Shown: piece after piece, positions 26,190 through 39,900 of the stretch | How the letters are laid out: every line of letters starts with the position of its first letter | Numbering within the stretch: position 1 is the first letter of the stretch | NCBI GenBank assembly: GCA_964016885.1 | Contig: OZ024744.1 | Span: 20,584,001-20,648,000, forward strand | Length of the DNA: 64,000 nucleotides | Source: Eledone cirrhosa | Lineage: Eukaryota | Reading direction: 5' to 3' | Position numbers and translations under genes: made by a program | Notes under the pieces: generated by a model | The model's database searches: none | What the model was told of the DNA's origin: nothing | Seen by the model: only the letters and a program-made list of their open reading frames with translations

Positions 26190-29100
26190 TTAACAACAGT
26201 TGAATTTTAAGATAAACCTCGTTTTGACAACAGTTGAATCTTAAGAACTGACTCGTTTTAACAACAGTTAAATATTAATAACTGACTCGTTTTAACAACA
26301 GTTGAATGTTAAGATAAAACTCGTTTTAACAGTAGTTGAATCTTAAGAACTGACTCGTTTTAACAACAGTTGAATCTTAAGATAAAACTCGTTTTAACAA
26401 CTGTTGAATCTTAAGAACTGACTCGTTTTAACAACAGCTGAATCTTAAGATAAAACTCGTTTTAACAACAGTTGAATCTTAAGAACTGACTTGTTTTAAC
26501 AACAGTTGAATCTTCAAATAAAACTCGTTTTAACAACAGTTGAATCTTAAGAACTGACTCGTTTTAACAACAGTTGAATGTTAAGATAAAACTCGTTTTA
26601 ACAATAGTGGAATCTTAAGAACTGACTCGTTTTAACAACAGTTGAATCTTAAGATAAAACTCGTTTTAACAACAGTTCAATCTTAAGAACTGACTCGTTT
26701 TAACAACAGCTGAATCTTAAGATAAAACTCGTTTTAACAACAGTTCAAACTTAAGAAATGACTCGTTTTAACAAAAGTTGAATCTTATGAACTCACTCAT
26801 TTTAACAACAGTTGAATCTTAAGATAACATTCGTTTTAACAACAGTTGAATCTTAAGAACTGATTCGTTTTAACAACAGTTGAATCTTAAGATAAAACTC
26901 GTTTTAACAACACTTGAATCTTAAGAACGGACTCGTTTTAACAACACCTGAATCTTAAGATAAAACTCGTCTTAACAACAGTTGAATCTTAAGAACTGAC
27001 TCGTTTTAACAACAGTTGAATCTTATGAACTGACTCATTTTAACAACAGTTGAATCTTAAGATAACATTCGTTTTAACAACAGTTGAATCTTAAGAACTG
27101 ACTCGTTTTAACAACAGTTGAATCTTAAAGATAAAACTCGTTTCGACAACAGTTGAATCTTAAGAACTGACTCGTTTTAACAACAGCTGAATCTTAAGAT
27201 AAAACTCGTTTTAACAACAGTTGAATCTTAAGATAAAACTCGTTTTAACAACAGTTGAATCTTAAGAACTGACTCGTTTTAACAACAGCTGAATCTTAAG
27301 ATAAAACTTGTTTTAACAACAGTTCAAACTTAAGAAATGACTCGTTTTAACAACAGTTGAATCTTATGAACTGACTCATTTTAACAACAGTTGAATCTTA
27401 AGAACTGATTCGTTTTAACAACAGCTGAATCTTAAGATAGAACTCGTTTTAACAACAGTTGAATCTTAAGAACTGACTCGTTTTAACAACAGCTGAATCT
27501 TAAGATAAAACTCGTTTTAACAACAGTTGAATCTTAAGATAAAACTCGTTTTAACAACAGTTGAATCTTAAGAACTGACTCTTTTTAACAACAGTTGAAT
27601 CTTAAGATAAAACTCGTTTTAACAACAGTTGAATCTTATGAGCTAACTCATTTTAACAACAGTTGAATCTTAAGTTAAGACTCGTTTTAACAACAGTTGA
27701 ATCTTAAGAACTGACTCGTTTTAACAACAGCTGAATCTTAAGATAAAACTCGTTTTAACAACAGTTGAATCTTAAGAACTGACTCGTTTTAACAACAGCT
27801 GAATCTTAAGATAAAACTCGTTTTAACAACAGTTGAATCTTAAGATAAAACTCGTTTTAACAACAGTTGAATCTTAAGTACTGACTCTTTTTAACAACAG
27901 TTGAATCTTAAGATAAAACTCGTTTTAACAACAGTTGAATCTTATGAGCTAACTCATTTTAACAACAGTTGAATCTTAAGTTAAGACTCGTTTTAACAAC
28001 AGTTGAATCTAAATAACTGACTCGTTTTAACAACAGTTGAATGTTAAGATAAAACTCGTTTTAACAATAGTTGAACCTTAAGAACTGACTCGTTTTAACA
28101 ACAGTTGAATCTTAAGATAAAACTCGTTTTAACAACTGTTGAATCTTAAGAACTGACTCGTTTTAACAACAGCTGAATCTTAAGACAAAACTCGTTTTAA
28201 GAACAGTTGAATCTTAAGAACTGACTCGTTTTAACAACAGTTGAATCTTAAGAACTGACTCGTTTTAACAACAGTTGAATGTTAAGATAAAACTCGTTTT
28301 AATAAATAGTTGAATCTTAAGAACTGACTCGTTTTAACAACAGTTGAATCTTAAGATAAAACTCGTTTTAACAACAGTTGAATCTTAAGAACTGACTCGT
28401 TTTAACAACAGCTGAATCTTAATATAAAACTCGTTTTAACAACAGTTGAATCTTAAGAACTGACTCGTTTTAACAACAGTTGAATCTTAAGAACTGACTC
28501 GTTTTAACGACAGCTGAATCTTAAGATAAAACTCGTTTTAACAACAGTTGGATCTTAAGAACTGACTCGTTTTAACAACAGTTGAATCTTACGATAAAAC
28601 TCGTTTTAACAACAGTTGAATCTTATGAACTAACTCATTTTAACAACAGTTGAATCTTAAGTTAAGACTCGTTTTAACAACAGTTGAATCTTAAGTTAAG
28701 ACTCGTTTTAACAACAGTTGAATCTTAAGAACTGACTCGTTTTAACAACAGTTGAATCTTAAGACAAAACCCGTTTTAACAACAGTTGAATCTTAAGAAC
28801 TGTCTCGTTTTAACAACAGTTGAATCTTAAGATAAACCTCGTTTTAACAAAAGTTTAATCTTAAGAACAGGCTCGTTTTAACAACAGTTGAATCTTAAGA
28901 CAAAACTCGTTTTAACAACAGTTGAATCTTAAGAACTGACTTGTTCTAACAACAGTTCAGCCTTAAGAACTGACTCGTTTTAAAACAGTTGAATCGTTAG
29001 AACTGACTCGTTTTAACAACAGTTGAATCTTAAAATAAAACTCGTTTTAACAATAGTTGAATCTCAAGAACTGACTCGTTTTAGCAACAGTTGAATCTTA

Positions 29101-32100
29101 AGATAACACTCGTTTTCATAACAGTTGAATCTTAAGAACTGTCTCGTTTCAACAACAGTTGAATTTTAAGATAAACCTCGTTTTGACAACAGTTAAATCT
29201 TAATAACTGACTCGTTTTAACAACAGTTGAATGTTAAGATAAAACTCGTTTTAACAATAGTTGAATCTTAAGAACTGACTCGTTTTAACAACAGTTGAAT
29301 CTTAATATAAAACTCGTTTTAACAACTGTTGAATCTTAAGAACTCACTCGTTTTAACAACAGCTGAATCTTAAGATAAAATTCGTTTTAACAACAGTTGA
29401 ATCTTAAGAACTGACTCGTTTTAACAACAGTTGAATCTTCAAATAAAACTCGTTTTAACAACAGTTGAATCTTAAGAACTGACTCGTTTTAACAACAGTT
29501 GAATGTTAAGATAAAACTCGTTTTAACAATAGTGGAATCTTAAGAACTGACTCGTTTTAACAACAGTTGAATCTTAAGATAAAACTCGTTTTAACAACAG
29601 TTCAATCTTAAGAACTGACTCGTTTTAACAACAGCTGAATCTTAAGATAAAACTCGTTTTAACAACAGTTCAAACTTAAGAAATGACTCGTTTTAACAAA
29701 AGTTGAATCTTATGAACTGACTCATTTTAACAACAGTTGAATCTTAAGATAACATTCGTTTTAACAACAGTTGAATCTTAAGAACTGACTCGTTTTAACA
29801 ACAGTTGAATCTTAAAGATAAAACTCGTTTCGACAACAGTTGAATCTTAAGAACTGACTCGTTTTAACAACAGCTGAATCTTAAGATAAAACTCGTTTTA
29901 ACAACAGTTGAATCTTAAGATAAAACTCGTTTTAACAACAGTTGAATCTTAAGAACTGACTCGTTTTAACGACAGCTGAATCTTAAGATAAAACTCGTTT
30001 TAACAACAGTTCAAACTTAAGAAATGACTCGTTTTAACAACAGTTGAATCTTATGAACTGACTCATTTTAACAACAGTTGAATCTTAAGAACTGATTCGT
30101 TTTAACAACAGCTGAATCTTAAGATAAAACTCGTTTTAACAACAGTTGAATCTTTAGAACTGACTCGTTTTAACAACAGCTGAATCTTAAGATAAAACTC
30201 GTTTTAACAACAGTTGAATCTTAAGAACTGACTCGTTTTAACAACAGCTGAATCTTAAGATAAAACTCGTTTTAACAACAGTTGAATCTTAAGATAAAAC
30301 TCGTTTTAACAACAGTTGAATCTTAAGAACTGACTCTTTTTAACAACAGTTGAATCTTAAGATAAAACTCGTTTTAACAACAGTTGAATCTTATGAGCTA
30401 ACTCATTTTAACAACAGTTGAATCTTAAGTTCAGACTCGTTTTAACAACAGTTGAATCTTAAGAACTGACTCGTTTTAACAACAGCTGAATCTTAAGATA
30501 AAACTCGTTTTAACAACAGTTGAATCTTAAGAACTGACTCGTTTTAACAACAGCTGAATCTTAAGATAAAACTCGTTTTAACAACAGTTGAATCTTAAGA
30601 TAAAACTCGTTTTACCAACAGTTGAATCTTAAGTACTGACTCGTTTTAACAACAGTTGAATCTTAAGATAAAACTCGTTTTAACAACAGTTGAATCTTAT
30701 GAGCTAACTCATTTTAACAACAGTTGTATCTTAAGTTAAGACTCGTTTTAACAACAGTTGAATCTTAAGAACTGACTCGTTTTAACGACAGCTGAATCTT
30801 AAGATAAAACTTGATTTAACAACAGTTGAATCTTAAAGATAAAACTCGCTTTAACAACAGTTGAATCTTAAGATAAAACTCGTTTTAACAACAGTTGAAT
30901 CTTAAGTACTGACTCTTTTTAACAACAGTTGAATCTTAAGATAAAACTCGTTTTAACAACAGTTGAATCTTATGAGCTAACTCATTTTAACAACAGTTGA
31001 ATCTTAAGTTAAGACTCGTTTTAACAACAGTTGAATCTAAATAACTGACTCGTTTTAACAACAGTTGAATGTTAAGATAAAACTCGTTTTAACAATAGTT
31101 GAACCTTAAGAACTGACTCGTTTTAACAACAGTTGAATCTTAAGATAAAACTCGTTTTAACAACTGTTGAATCTTAAGAACTGACTCGTTTTAACAACAG
31201 CTGAATCTTAAGACAAAACTCGTTTTAAGAACAGTTGAATCTTAAGAACTGACTCGTTTTAACAACAGTTGAATCTTAAGAACTGACTCGTTTTAACAAC
31301 AGTTGAATGTTAAGATAAAACTCGTTTTAATAAATAGTTGAATCTTAAGAACTGACTCGTTTTAACAACAGTTGAATCTTAAGATAAAACTCGTTTTAAC
31401 AACAGTTGAATCTTAAGAACTGACTCGTTTTAACAACAGCTGAATCTTAATATAAAACTCGTTTTAACAACAGTTGAATCTTAAGAACTGACTCGTTTTA
31501 ACAACAGTTGAATCTTAAGAACTGACTCGTTTTAACGACAGCTGAATCTTAAGATAAAACTCGTTTTAACAACAGTTGGATCTTAAGAACTGACTCGTTT
31601 TAACAACAGTTGAATCTTACGATAAAACTCGTTTTAACAACAGTTGAATCTTATGAACTAACTCATTTTAACAACAGTTGAATCTTAAGTTAAGACTCGT
31701 TTTAACAACAGTTGAATCTTAAGTTAAGACTCGTTTTAACAACAGTTGAATCTTAAGAACTGACTCGTTTTAACAACAGTTGAATCTTAAGACAAAACCC
31801 GTTTTAACAACAGTTGAATCTTAAGAACTGTCTCGTTTTAACAACAGTTGAATCTTAAGATAAACCTCGTTTTAACAAAAGTTTAATCTTAAGAACAGGC
31901 TCGTTTTAACAACAGTTGAATCTTAAGACAAAACTCGTTTTAACAACAGTTGAATCTTAAGAACTGACTTGTTCTAACAACAGTTCAGCCTTAAGAACTG
32001 ACTCGTTTTAAAACAGTTGAATCGTTAGAACTGACTCGTTTTAACAACAGTTGAATCTTAAAATAAAACTCGTTTTAACAATAGTTGAATCTCAAGAACT

Positions 32101-35100
32101 GACTCGTTTTAGCAACAGTTGAATCTTAAGATAACACTCGTTTTCATAACAGTTGAATCTTAAGAACTGTCTCGTTTCAACAACAGTTGAATTTTAAGAT
32201 AAACCTCGTTTTGACAACAGTTAAATCTTAATAACTGACTCGTTTTAACAACAGTTGAATGTTAAGATAAAACTCGTTTTAACAACAGTTGAATTTTAAG
32301 ATAAACCTCGTTTTGACAACAGTTGAATCTTAAGAACTGACTCGTTTTAACAACAGTTAAATATTAATAACTGACTCGTTTTAACAACAGTTGAATGTTA
32401 AGATAAAACTCGTTTTAACAGTAGTTGAATCTTTAGAACTGACTCGTTTTAACAACAGTTGAATCTTAAGATAAAACTCGTTTTAACAACTGTTGAATCT
32501 TAAGAACTGACTCGTTTTAACAACAGCTGAATCTTAAGATAAAACTCGTTTTAACAACAGTTGAATCTTAAGAACTGACTTGTTTTAACAACAGTTGAAT
32601 CTTCAAATAAAACTCGTTTTAACAACAGTTGAATCTTAAGAACTGACTCGTTTTAACAACAGTTGAATGTTAAGATAAAACTCGTTTTAACAATAGTGGA
32701 ATCTTAAGAACTGACTCGTTTTAACAACAGTTGAATCTTAAGATAAAACTCGTTTTAACAACAGTTCAATCTTAAGAACTGACTCGTTTTAACAACAGCT
32801 GAATCTTAAGATAAAACTCGTTTTAACAACAGTTCAAACTTAAGAAATGACTCGTTTTAACAAAAGTTGAATCTTATGAACTCACTCATTTTAACAACAG
32901 TTGAATCTTAAGATAACATTCGTTTTAACAACAGTTGAATCTTAAGAACTGATTCGTTTTAACAACAGTTGAATCTTAAGATAAAACTCGTTTTAACAAC
33001 ACTTGAATCTTAAGAACGGACTCGTTTTAACAACACCTGAATCTTAAGATAAAACTCGTCTTAACAACAGTTGAATCTTAAGAACTGACTCGTTTTAACA
33101 ACAGTTGAATCTTATGAACTGACTCATTTTAACAACAGTTGAATCTTAAGATAACATTCGTTTTAACAACAGTTGAATCTTAAGAACTGACTCGTTTTAA
33201 CAACAGTTGAATCTTAAAGATAAAACTCGTTTCGACAACAGTTGAATCTTAAGAACTGACTCGTTTTAACAACAGCTGAATCTTAAGATAAAACTCGTTT
33301 TAACAACAGTTGAATCTTAAGATAAAACTCGTTTTAACAACAGTTGAATCTTAAGAACTGACTCGTTTTAACAACAGCTGAATCTTAAGATAAAACTTGT
33401 TTTAACAACAGTTCAAACTTAAGAAATGACTCGTTTTAACAACAGTTGAATCTTATGAACTGACTCATTTTAACAACAGTTGAATCTTAAGAACTGATTC
33501 GTTTTAACAACAGCTGAATCTTAAGATAGAACTCGTTTTAACAACAGTTGAATCTTAAGAACTGACTCGTTTTAACAACAGCTGAATCTTAAGATAAAAC
33601 TCGTTTTAACAACAGTTGAATCTTAAGATAAAACTCGTTTTAACAACAGTTGAATCTTAAGAACTGACTCTTTTTAACAACAGTTGAATCTTAAGATAAA
33701 ACTCGTTTTAACAACAGTTGAATCTTATGAGCTAACTCATTTTAACAACAGTTGAATCTTAAGTTAAGACTCGTTTTAACAACAGTTGAATCTTAAGAAC
33801 TGACTCGTTTTAACAACAGCTGAATCTTAAGATAAAACTCGTTTTAACAACAGTTGAATCTTAAGAACTGACTCGTTTTAACAACAGCTGAATCTTAAGA
33901 TAAAACTCGTTTTAACAACAGTTGAATCTTAAGATAAAACTCGTTTTAACAACAGTTGAATCTTAAGTACTGACTCTTTTTAACAACAGTTGAATCTTAA
34001 GATAAAACTCGTTTTAACAACAGTTGAATCTTATGAGCTAACTCATTTTAACAACAGTTGAATCTTAAGTTAAGACTCGTTTTAACAACAGTTGAATCTA
34101 AATAACTGACTCGTTTTAACAACAGTTGAATGTTAAGATAAAACTCGTTTTAACAATAGTTGAACCTTAAGAACTGACTCGTTTTAACAACAGTTGAATC
34201 TTAAGATAAAACTCGTTTTAACAACTGTTGAATCTTAAGAACTGACTCGTTTTAACAACAGCTGAATCTTAAGACAAAACTCGTTTTAAGAACAGTTGAA
34301 TCTTAAGAACTGACTCGTTTTAACAACAGTTGAATCTTAAGAACTGACTCGTTTTAACAACAGTTGAATGTTAAGATAAAACTCGTTTTAATAAATAGTT
34401 GAATCTTAAGAACTGACTCGTTTTAACAACAGTTGAATCTTAAGATAAAACTCGTTTTAACAACAGTTGAATCTTAAGAACTGACTTGTTTTAACAACAG
34501 CTGAATCTTAATATAAAACTCGTTTTAACAACAGTTGAATCTTAAGAACTGACTCGTTTTAACAACAGTTGAATCTTAAGAACTGACTCGTTTTAACGAC
34601 AGCTGAATCTTAAGATAAAACTCGTTTTAACAACAGTTGGATCTTAAGAACTGACTCGTTTTAACAACAGTTGAATCTTACGATAAAACTCGTTTTAACA
34701 ACAGTTGAATCTTATGAACTAACTCATTTTAACAACAGTTGAATCTTAAGTTAAGACTCATTTTAACAACAGTTGAATCTTAAGTTAAGACTCGTTTTAA
34801 CAACAGTTGAATCTTAAGAACTGACTCGTTTTAACAACAGTTGAATCTTAAGACAAAACCCGTTTTAACAACAGTTGAATCTTAAGAACTGTCTCGTTTT
34901 AACAACAGTTGAATCTTAAGATAAACCTCGTTTTAACAAAAGTTTAATCTTAAGAACAGGCTCGTTTTAACAACAGTTGAATCTTAAGACAAAACTCGTT
35001 TTAACAACAGTTGAATCTTAAGAACTGACTTGTTCTAACAACAGTTCAGCCTTAAGAACTGACTCGTTTTAAAACAGTTGAATCGTTAGAACTGACTCGT

Positions 35101-36950
35101 TTTAACAACAGTTGAATCTTAAAATAAAACTCGTTTTAACAATAGTTGAATCTCAAGAACTGACTCGTTTTAGCAACAGTTGAATCTTAAGATAACACTC
35201 GTTTTCATAACAGTTGAATCTTAAGAACTGTCTCGTTTCAACAACAGTTGAATTTTAAGATAAACCTCGTTTTGACAACAGTTAAATCTTAATAACTGAC
35301 TCGTTTTAACAACAGTTGAATGTTAAGATAAAACTCGTTTTAACAATAGTTGAATCTTAAGAACTGACTCGTTTTAACAACAGTTGAATCTTAATATAAA
35401 ACTCGTTTTAACAACTGTTGAATCTTAAGAACTGACTCGTTTTAACAACAGCTGAATCTTAAGATAAAATTCGTTTTAACAACAGTTGAATCTTAAGAAC
35501 TGACTCGTTTTAACAACAGTTGAATCTTCAAATAAAACTCGTTTTAACAACAGTTGAATCTTAAGAACTGACTCGTTTTAACAACAGTTGAATGTTAAGA
35601 TAAAACTCGTTTTAACAATAGTGGAATCTTAAGAACTGACTCTTTTTAACAACAGTTGAATCTTAAGATAAAACTCGTTTTAACAACAGTTCAATCTTAA
35701 GAACTGACTCGTTTTAACAACAGCTGAATCTTAAGATAAAACTCGTTTTAACAACAGTTCAAACTTAAGAAATGACTCGTTTTAACAAAAGTTGAATCTT
35801 ATGAACTGACTCATTTTAACAACAGTTGAATCTTAAGATAACATTCGTTTTAACAACAGTTGAATCTTAAGAACTGACTCGTTTTAACAACAGTTGAATC
35901 TTAAAGATAAAACTCGTTTCGACAACAGTTGAATCTTAAGAACTGACTCGTTTTAACAACAGCTGAATCTTAAGATAAAACTCGTTTTAACAACAGTTGA
36001 ATCTTAAGATAAAACTCGTTTTAACAACAGTTGAATCTTAAGAACTGACTCGTTTTAACGACAGCTGAATCTTAAGATAAAACTCGTTTTAACAACAGTT
36101 CAAACTTAAGAAATGACTCGTTTTAACAACAGTTGAATCTTATGAACTGACTCATTTTAACAACAGTTGAATCTTAAGAACTGATTCGTTTTAACAACAG
36201 CTGAATCTTAAGATAAAACTCGTTTTAACAACAGTTGAATCTTTAGAACTGACTCGTTTTAACAACAGCTGAATCTTAAGATAAAACTCGTTTTAACAAC
36301 AGTTGAATCTTAAGAACTGACTCGTTTTAACAACAGCTGAATCTTAAGATAAAACTCGTTTTAACAACAGTTGAATCTTAAGATAAAACTCGTTTTAACA
36401 ACAGTTGAATCTTAAGAACTGACTCTTTTTAACAACAGTTGAATCTTAAGATAAAACTCGTTTTAACAACAGTTGAATCTTATGAGCTAACTCATTTTAA
36501 CAACAGTTTAATCTTAAGTTCAGACTCGTTTTAACAACAGTTGAATCTTAAGAACTGACTCGTTTTAACAACAGCTGAATCTTAAGATAAAACTCGTTTT
36601 AACAACAGTTGAATCTTAAGAACTGACTCGTTTTAACAACAGCTGAATCTTAAGATAAAACTCGTTTTAACAACAGTTGAATCTTAAGATAAAACTCGTT
36701 TTAACAACAGTTGAATCTTAAGTACTGACTCGTTTTAACAACAGTTGAATCTTAAGATAAAACTCGTTTTAACAACAGTTGAATCTTATGAGCTAACTCA
36801 TTTTAACAACAGTTGAATCTTAAGTTAAGACTCGTTTTAACAACAGTTGAATCTTAAGAACTGACTCGTTTTAACGACAGCTGAATCTTAAGATAAAACT
36901 TGATTTAACAACAGTTGAATCTTAAAGATAAAACTCGCTTTAACAACAGT
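26190..36950. repeat. Duplication at offset 6089 bp (~179 monomers): ~26190-30860 recurs at ~32280-36950
   Basis: Rare markers AATATTAATA (26271/32360), AACAGTAGTTG, CACTTGAATC...CACCTGAATC...CTCGTCTTAAC (~26911/33000), TTGTTC (28941/35030). Confidence 0.88.
27840..32280. repeat. Nested duplication at offset 3028 bp: ~27840-29250 recurs at ~30870-32280
   Basis: TAATAAATAGT insertion variant (~28300/31328), AACAAAAGTTTAATC...AACAGGCTCG (~28850/31878), TTGTTC (28941/31969). Confidence 0.82.
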
Positions 36951-39900
36951 TGAATCTTAAGAACTGACTCGTTTTAACAACAGTTGAATCTTAAGACAAA
37001 ACCCGTTTTAACAACAGTTGAATCTTAAGAACTGTCTCGTTTTAACAACAGTTGAATCTTAAGATAAACCTCGTTTTAACAACAGTTTAATCTTAAGAAC
37101 TGACTCGTTTTAACAACAGTTGAATCTTAAGACAAAACTCGTTTTAACAACAGTTGAATCTTAAGAACTGACTTGTTCTAACAACAGTTCAGCCTTAAGA
37201 ACTGACTCGTTTTAAAACAGTTGAATCGTTAGAACTGACTCGTTTTAACAACAGTTGAATCTTAAAATAAAACTCGTTTTAACAATAGTTGAATCTCAAG
37301 AACTGACTCGTTTTAGCAACAGTTGAATCTTAAGATAACACTCGTTTTCATAACAGTTGAATCTTAAGAACTGTCTCGTTTTAACAACAGTTGAATCTTA
37401 AGATAAACCTCGTTTTAACAACAGTTGAATCTTAAGAACTGACTCGTTTTAACAACAGTTAAATCTTAATAACAGACTCGTTTTAACAACAGTTGAATCT
37501 TAAGATAAAACTCGTTTTAACAACTGTTGAATCTTAAGAACTGACTCGTTTTAACAACAGCTGAATCTTAAGATAAAACTCGTTTTAACAACAGTTGAAT
37601 CTTAAGAACTGACTCGTTTTAACAACAGTTGAATCTTAAGATAAAACCCGTTTTAACAACTGTTGAATCTTAAGAACTGACTCGTTTTAACAACAGCTGA
37701 ATCTTAAGATAAAACTCGTTTTAACAACAGTTGAATCTTAAGAACTGACTCGTTTTAACAACAGTTGAATCTTCAAATAAAACTCGTTTTAACAACAGTT
37801 GAATCTTAAGAACTGACTCGTTTTAACAACAGTTGAATGTTAAGATAAAACTCGTTTTAACAATAGTTGAAACTTAAGAACTGACTCGTTTTAACAACAG
37901 TTGAATCTTAAGATAAAACTCGTTTTAACAACAGTTGAATCTTAAGAACTGACTCGTTTTAACAACAGCTGAATCTTAAGATAAAACTCGTTTTAACAAC
38001 AGTTGAATCTTAAGAACTGACTCGTTTTAACAACAGCTGAATCTTAAGATAAAACTTGTTTTAACAACAGTTCAAACTTAAGAAATGACTCGTTTTAACA
38101 ACAGTTGAATCTTATGAACTGACTCATTTTAACAACAGTTGAATCTTAAGAACTGATTCGTTTTAACAACAGCTGAATCTTAAGATAGAACTCGTTTTAA
38201 CAACAGTTGAATCTTAAGAACTGACTCGTTTTAACAACAGCTGAATCTTAAGATAAAACTCGTTTTAACAACAGTTGAATCTTAAGAACTGACTCGTTTT
38301 AACAACAGCTGAATCTTAAGATAAAACTCGTTTTAACAACAGTTGAATCTTAAGATAAAACTCGTTTTAACAACAGTTGAATCTTAAGAACTGACTCTTT
38401 TTAACAACAGTTGAATCTTAAGAACTGACTCGTTTTAACAACAGCTGAATCTTAAGATAAAACTCGTTTTAACAACAGTTGAATCTTAAGAACTGACTCG
38501 TTTTAACAACAGCTGAATCTTAAGATAAAACTCGTTTTAACAACAGTTGAATCTTAAGATAAAACTCGTTTTAACAACAGTTGAATCTTAAGTACTGACT
38601 CTTTTTAACAACAGTTGAATCTTAAGATAAAACTCGTTTTAAACAACAGTTGAATCTTATGAGCTAACTCATTTTAACAACAGTTGAATCTTAAGTTAAG
38701 ACTCGTTTTAACAACAGTTGAATCTAAATAACTGACTCGTTTTAACAACAGTTGAATGTTAAGATAAAACTCGTTTTAACAATAGTTGAACCTTAAGAAC
38801 TGACTCGTTTTAACAACAGTTGAATCTTAAGATAAAACTCGTTTTAACAACTGTTGAATCTTAAGAACTGACTCGTTTTAACAACAGCTGAATCTTAAGA
38901 CAAAACTCGTTTTAAGAACAGTTGAATCTTAAGAACTGACTCGTTTTAACAACAGTTGAATCTTAAGAACTGACTCGTTTTAACAACAGTTGAATGTTAA
39001 GATAAAACTCGTTTTAACAATAGTTGAATCTTAAGAACTGACTCGTTTTAACAACAGTTGAATCTTAAGATAAAACTCGTTTTAACAACAGTTGAATCTT
39101 AAGAACTGACTCGTTTTAACAACAGCTGAATCTTAATATAAAACTCGTTTTAACAACAGTTGAATCTTAAGAACTGACTCGTTTTAACAACAGTTGAATC
39201 TTAAGAACTGACTCGTTTTAACGACAGCTGAATCTTAAGATAAAACTCGTTTTAACAACAGTTGGATCTTAAGAACTGACTCGTTTTAACAACAGTTGAA
39301 TCTTACGATAAAACTCGTTTTAACAACAGTTGAATCTTATGAACTAACTCATTTTAACAACAGTTGAATCTTAAGTTAAGACTCGTTTTAACAACAGTTG
39401 AATCTTAAGTTAAGACTCGTTTTAACAACAGTTGAATCTTAAGAACTGACTCGTTTTAACAACAGTTGAATCTTAAGACAAAACCCGTTTTAACAACAGT
39501 TGAATCTTAAGAACTGTCTCGTTTTAACAACAGTTGAATCTTAAGATAAACCTCGTTTTAACAACAGTTTAATCTTAAGAACAGGCTCGTTTTAACAACA
39601 GTTGAATCTTAAGACAAAACTCGTTTTAACAACAGTTGAATCTTAAGAACTGACTTGTTCTAACAACAGTTCAGCCTTAAGAACTGACTCGTTTTAAAAC
39701 AGTTGAATCGTTAGAACTGACTCGTTTTAACAACAGTTGAATCTTAAAATAAAACTCGTTTTAACAATAGTTGAATCTCAAGAACTGACTCGTTTTAGCA
39801 ACAGTTGAATCTTAAGATAACACTCGTTTTCATAACAGTTGAATCTTAAGAACTGTCTCGTTTCAACAACAGTTGAATTTTAAGATAAACCTCGTTTTGA

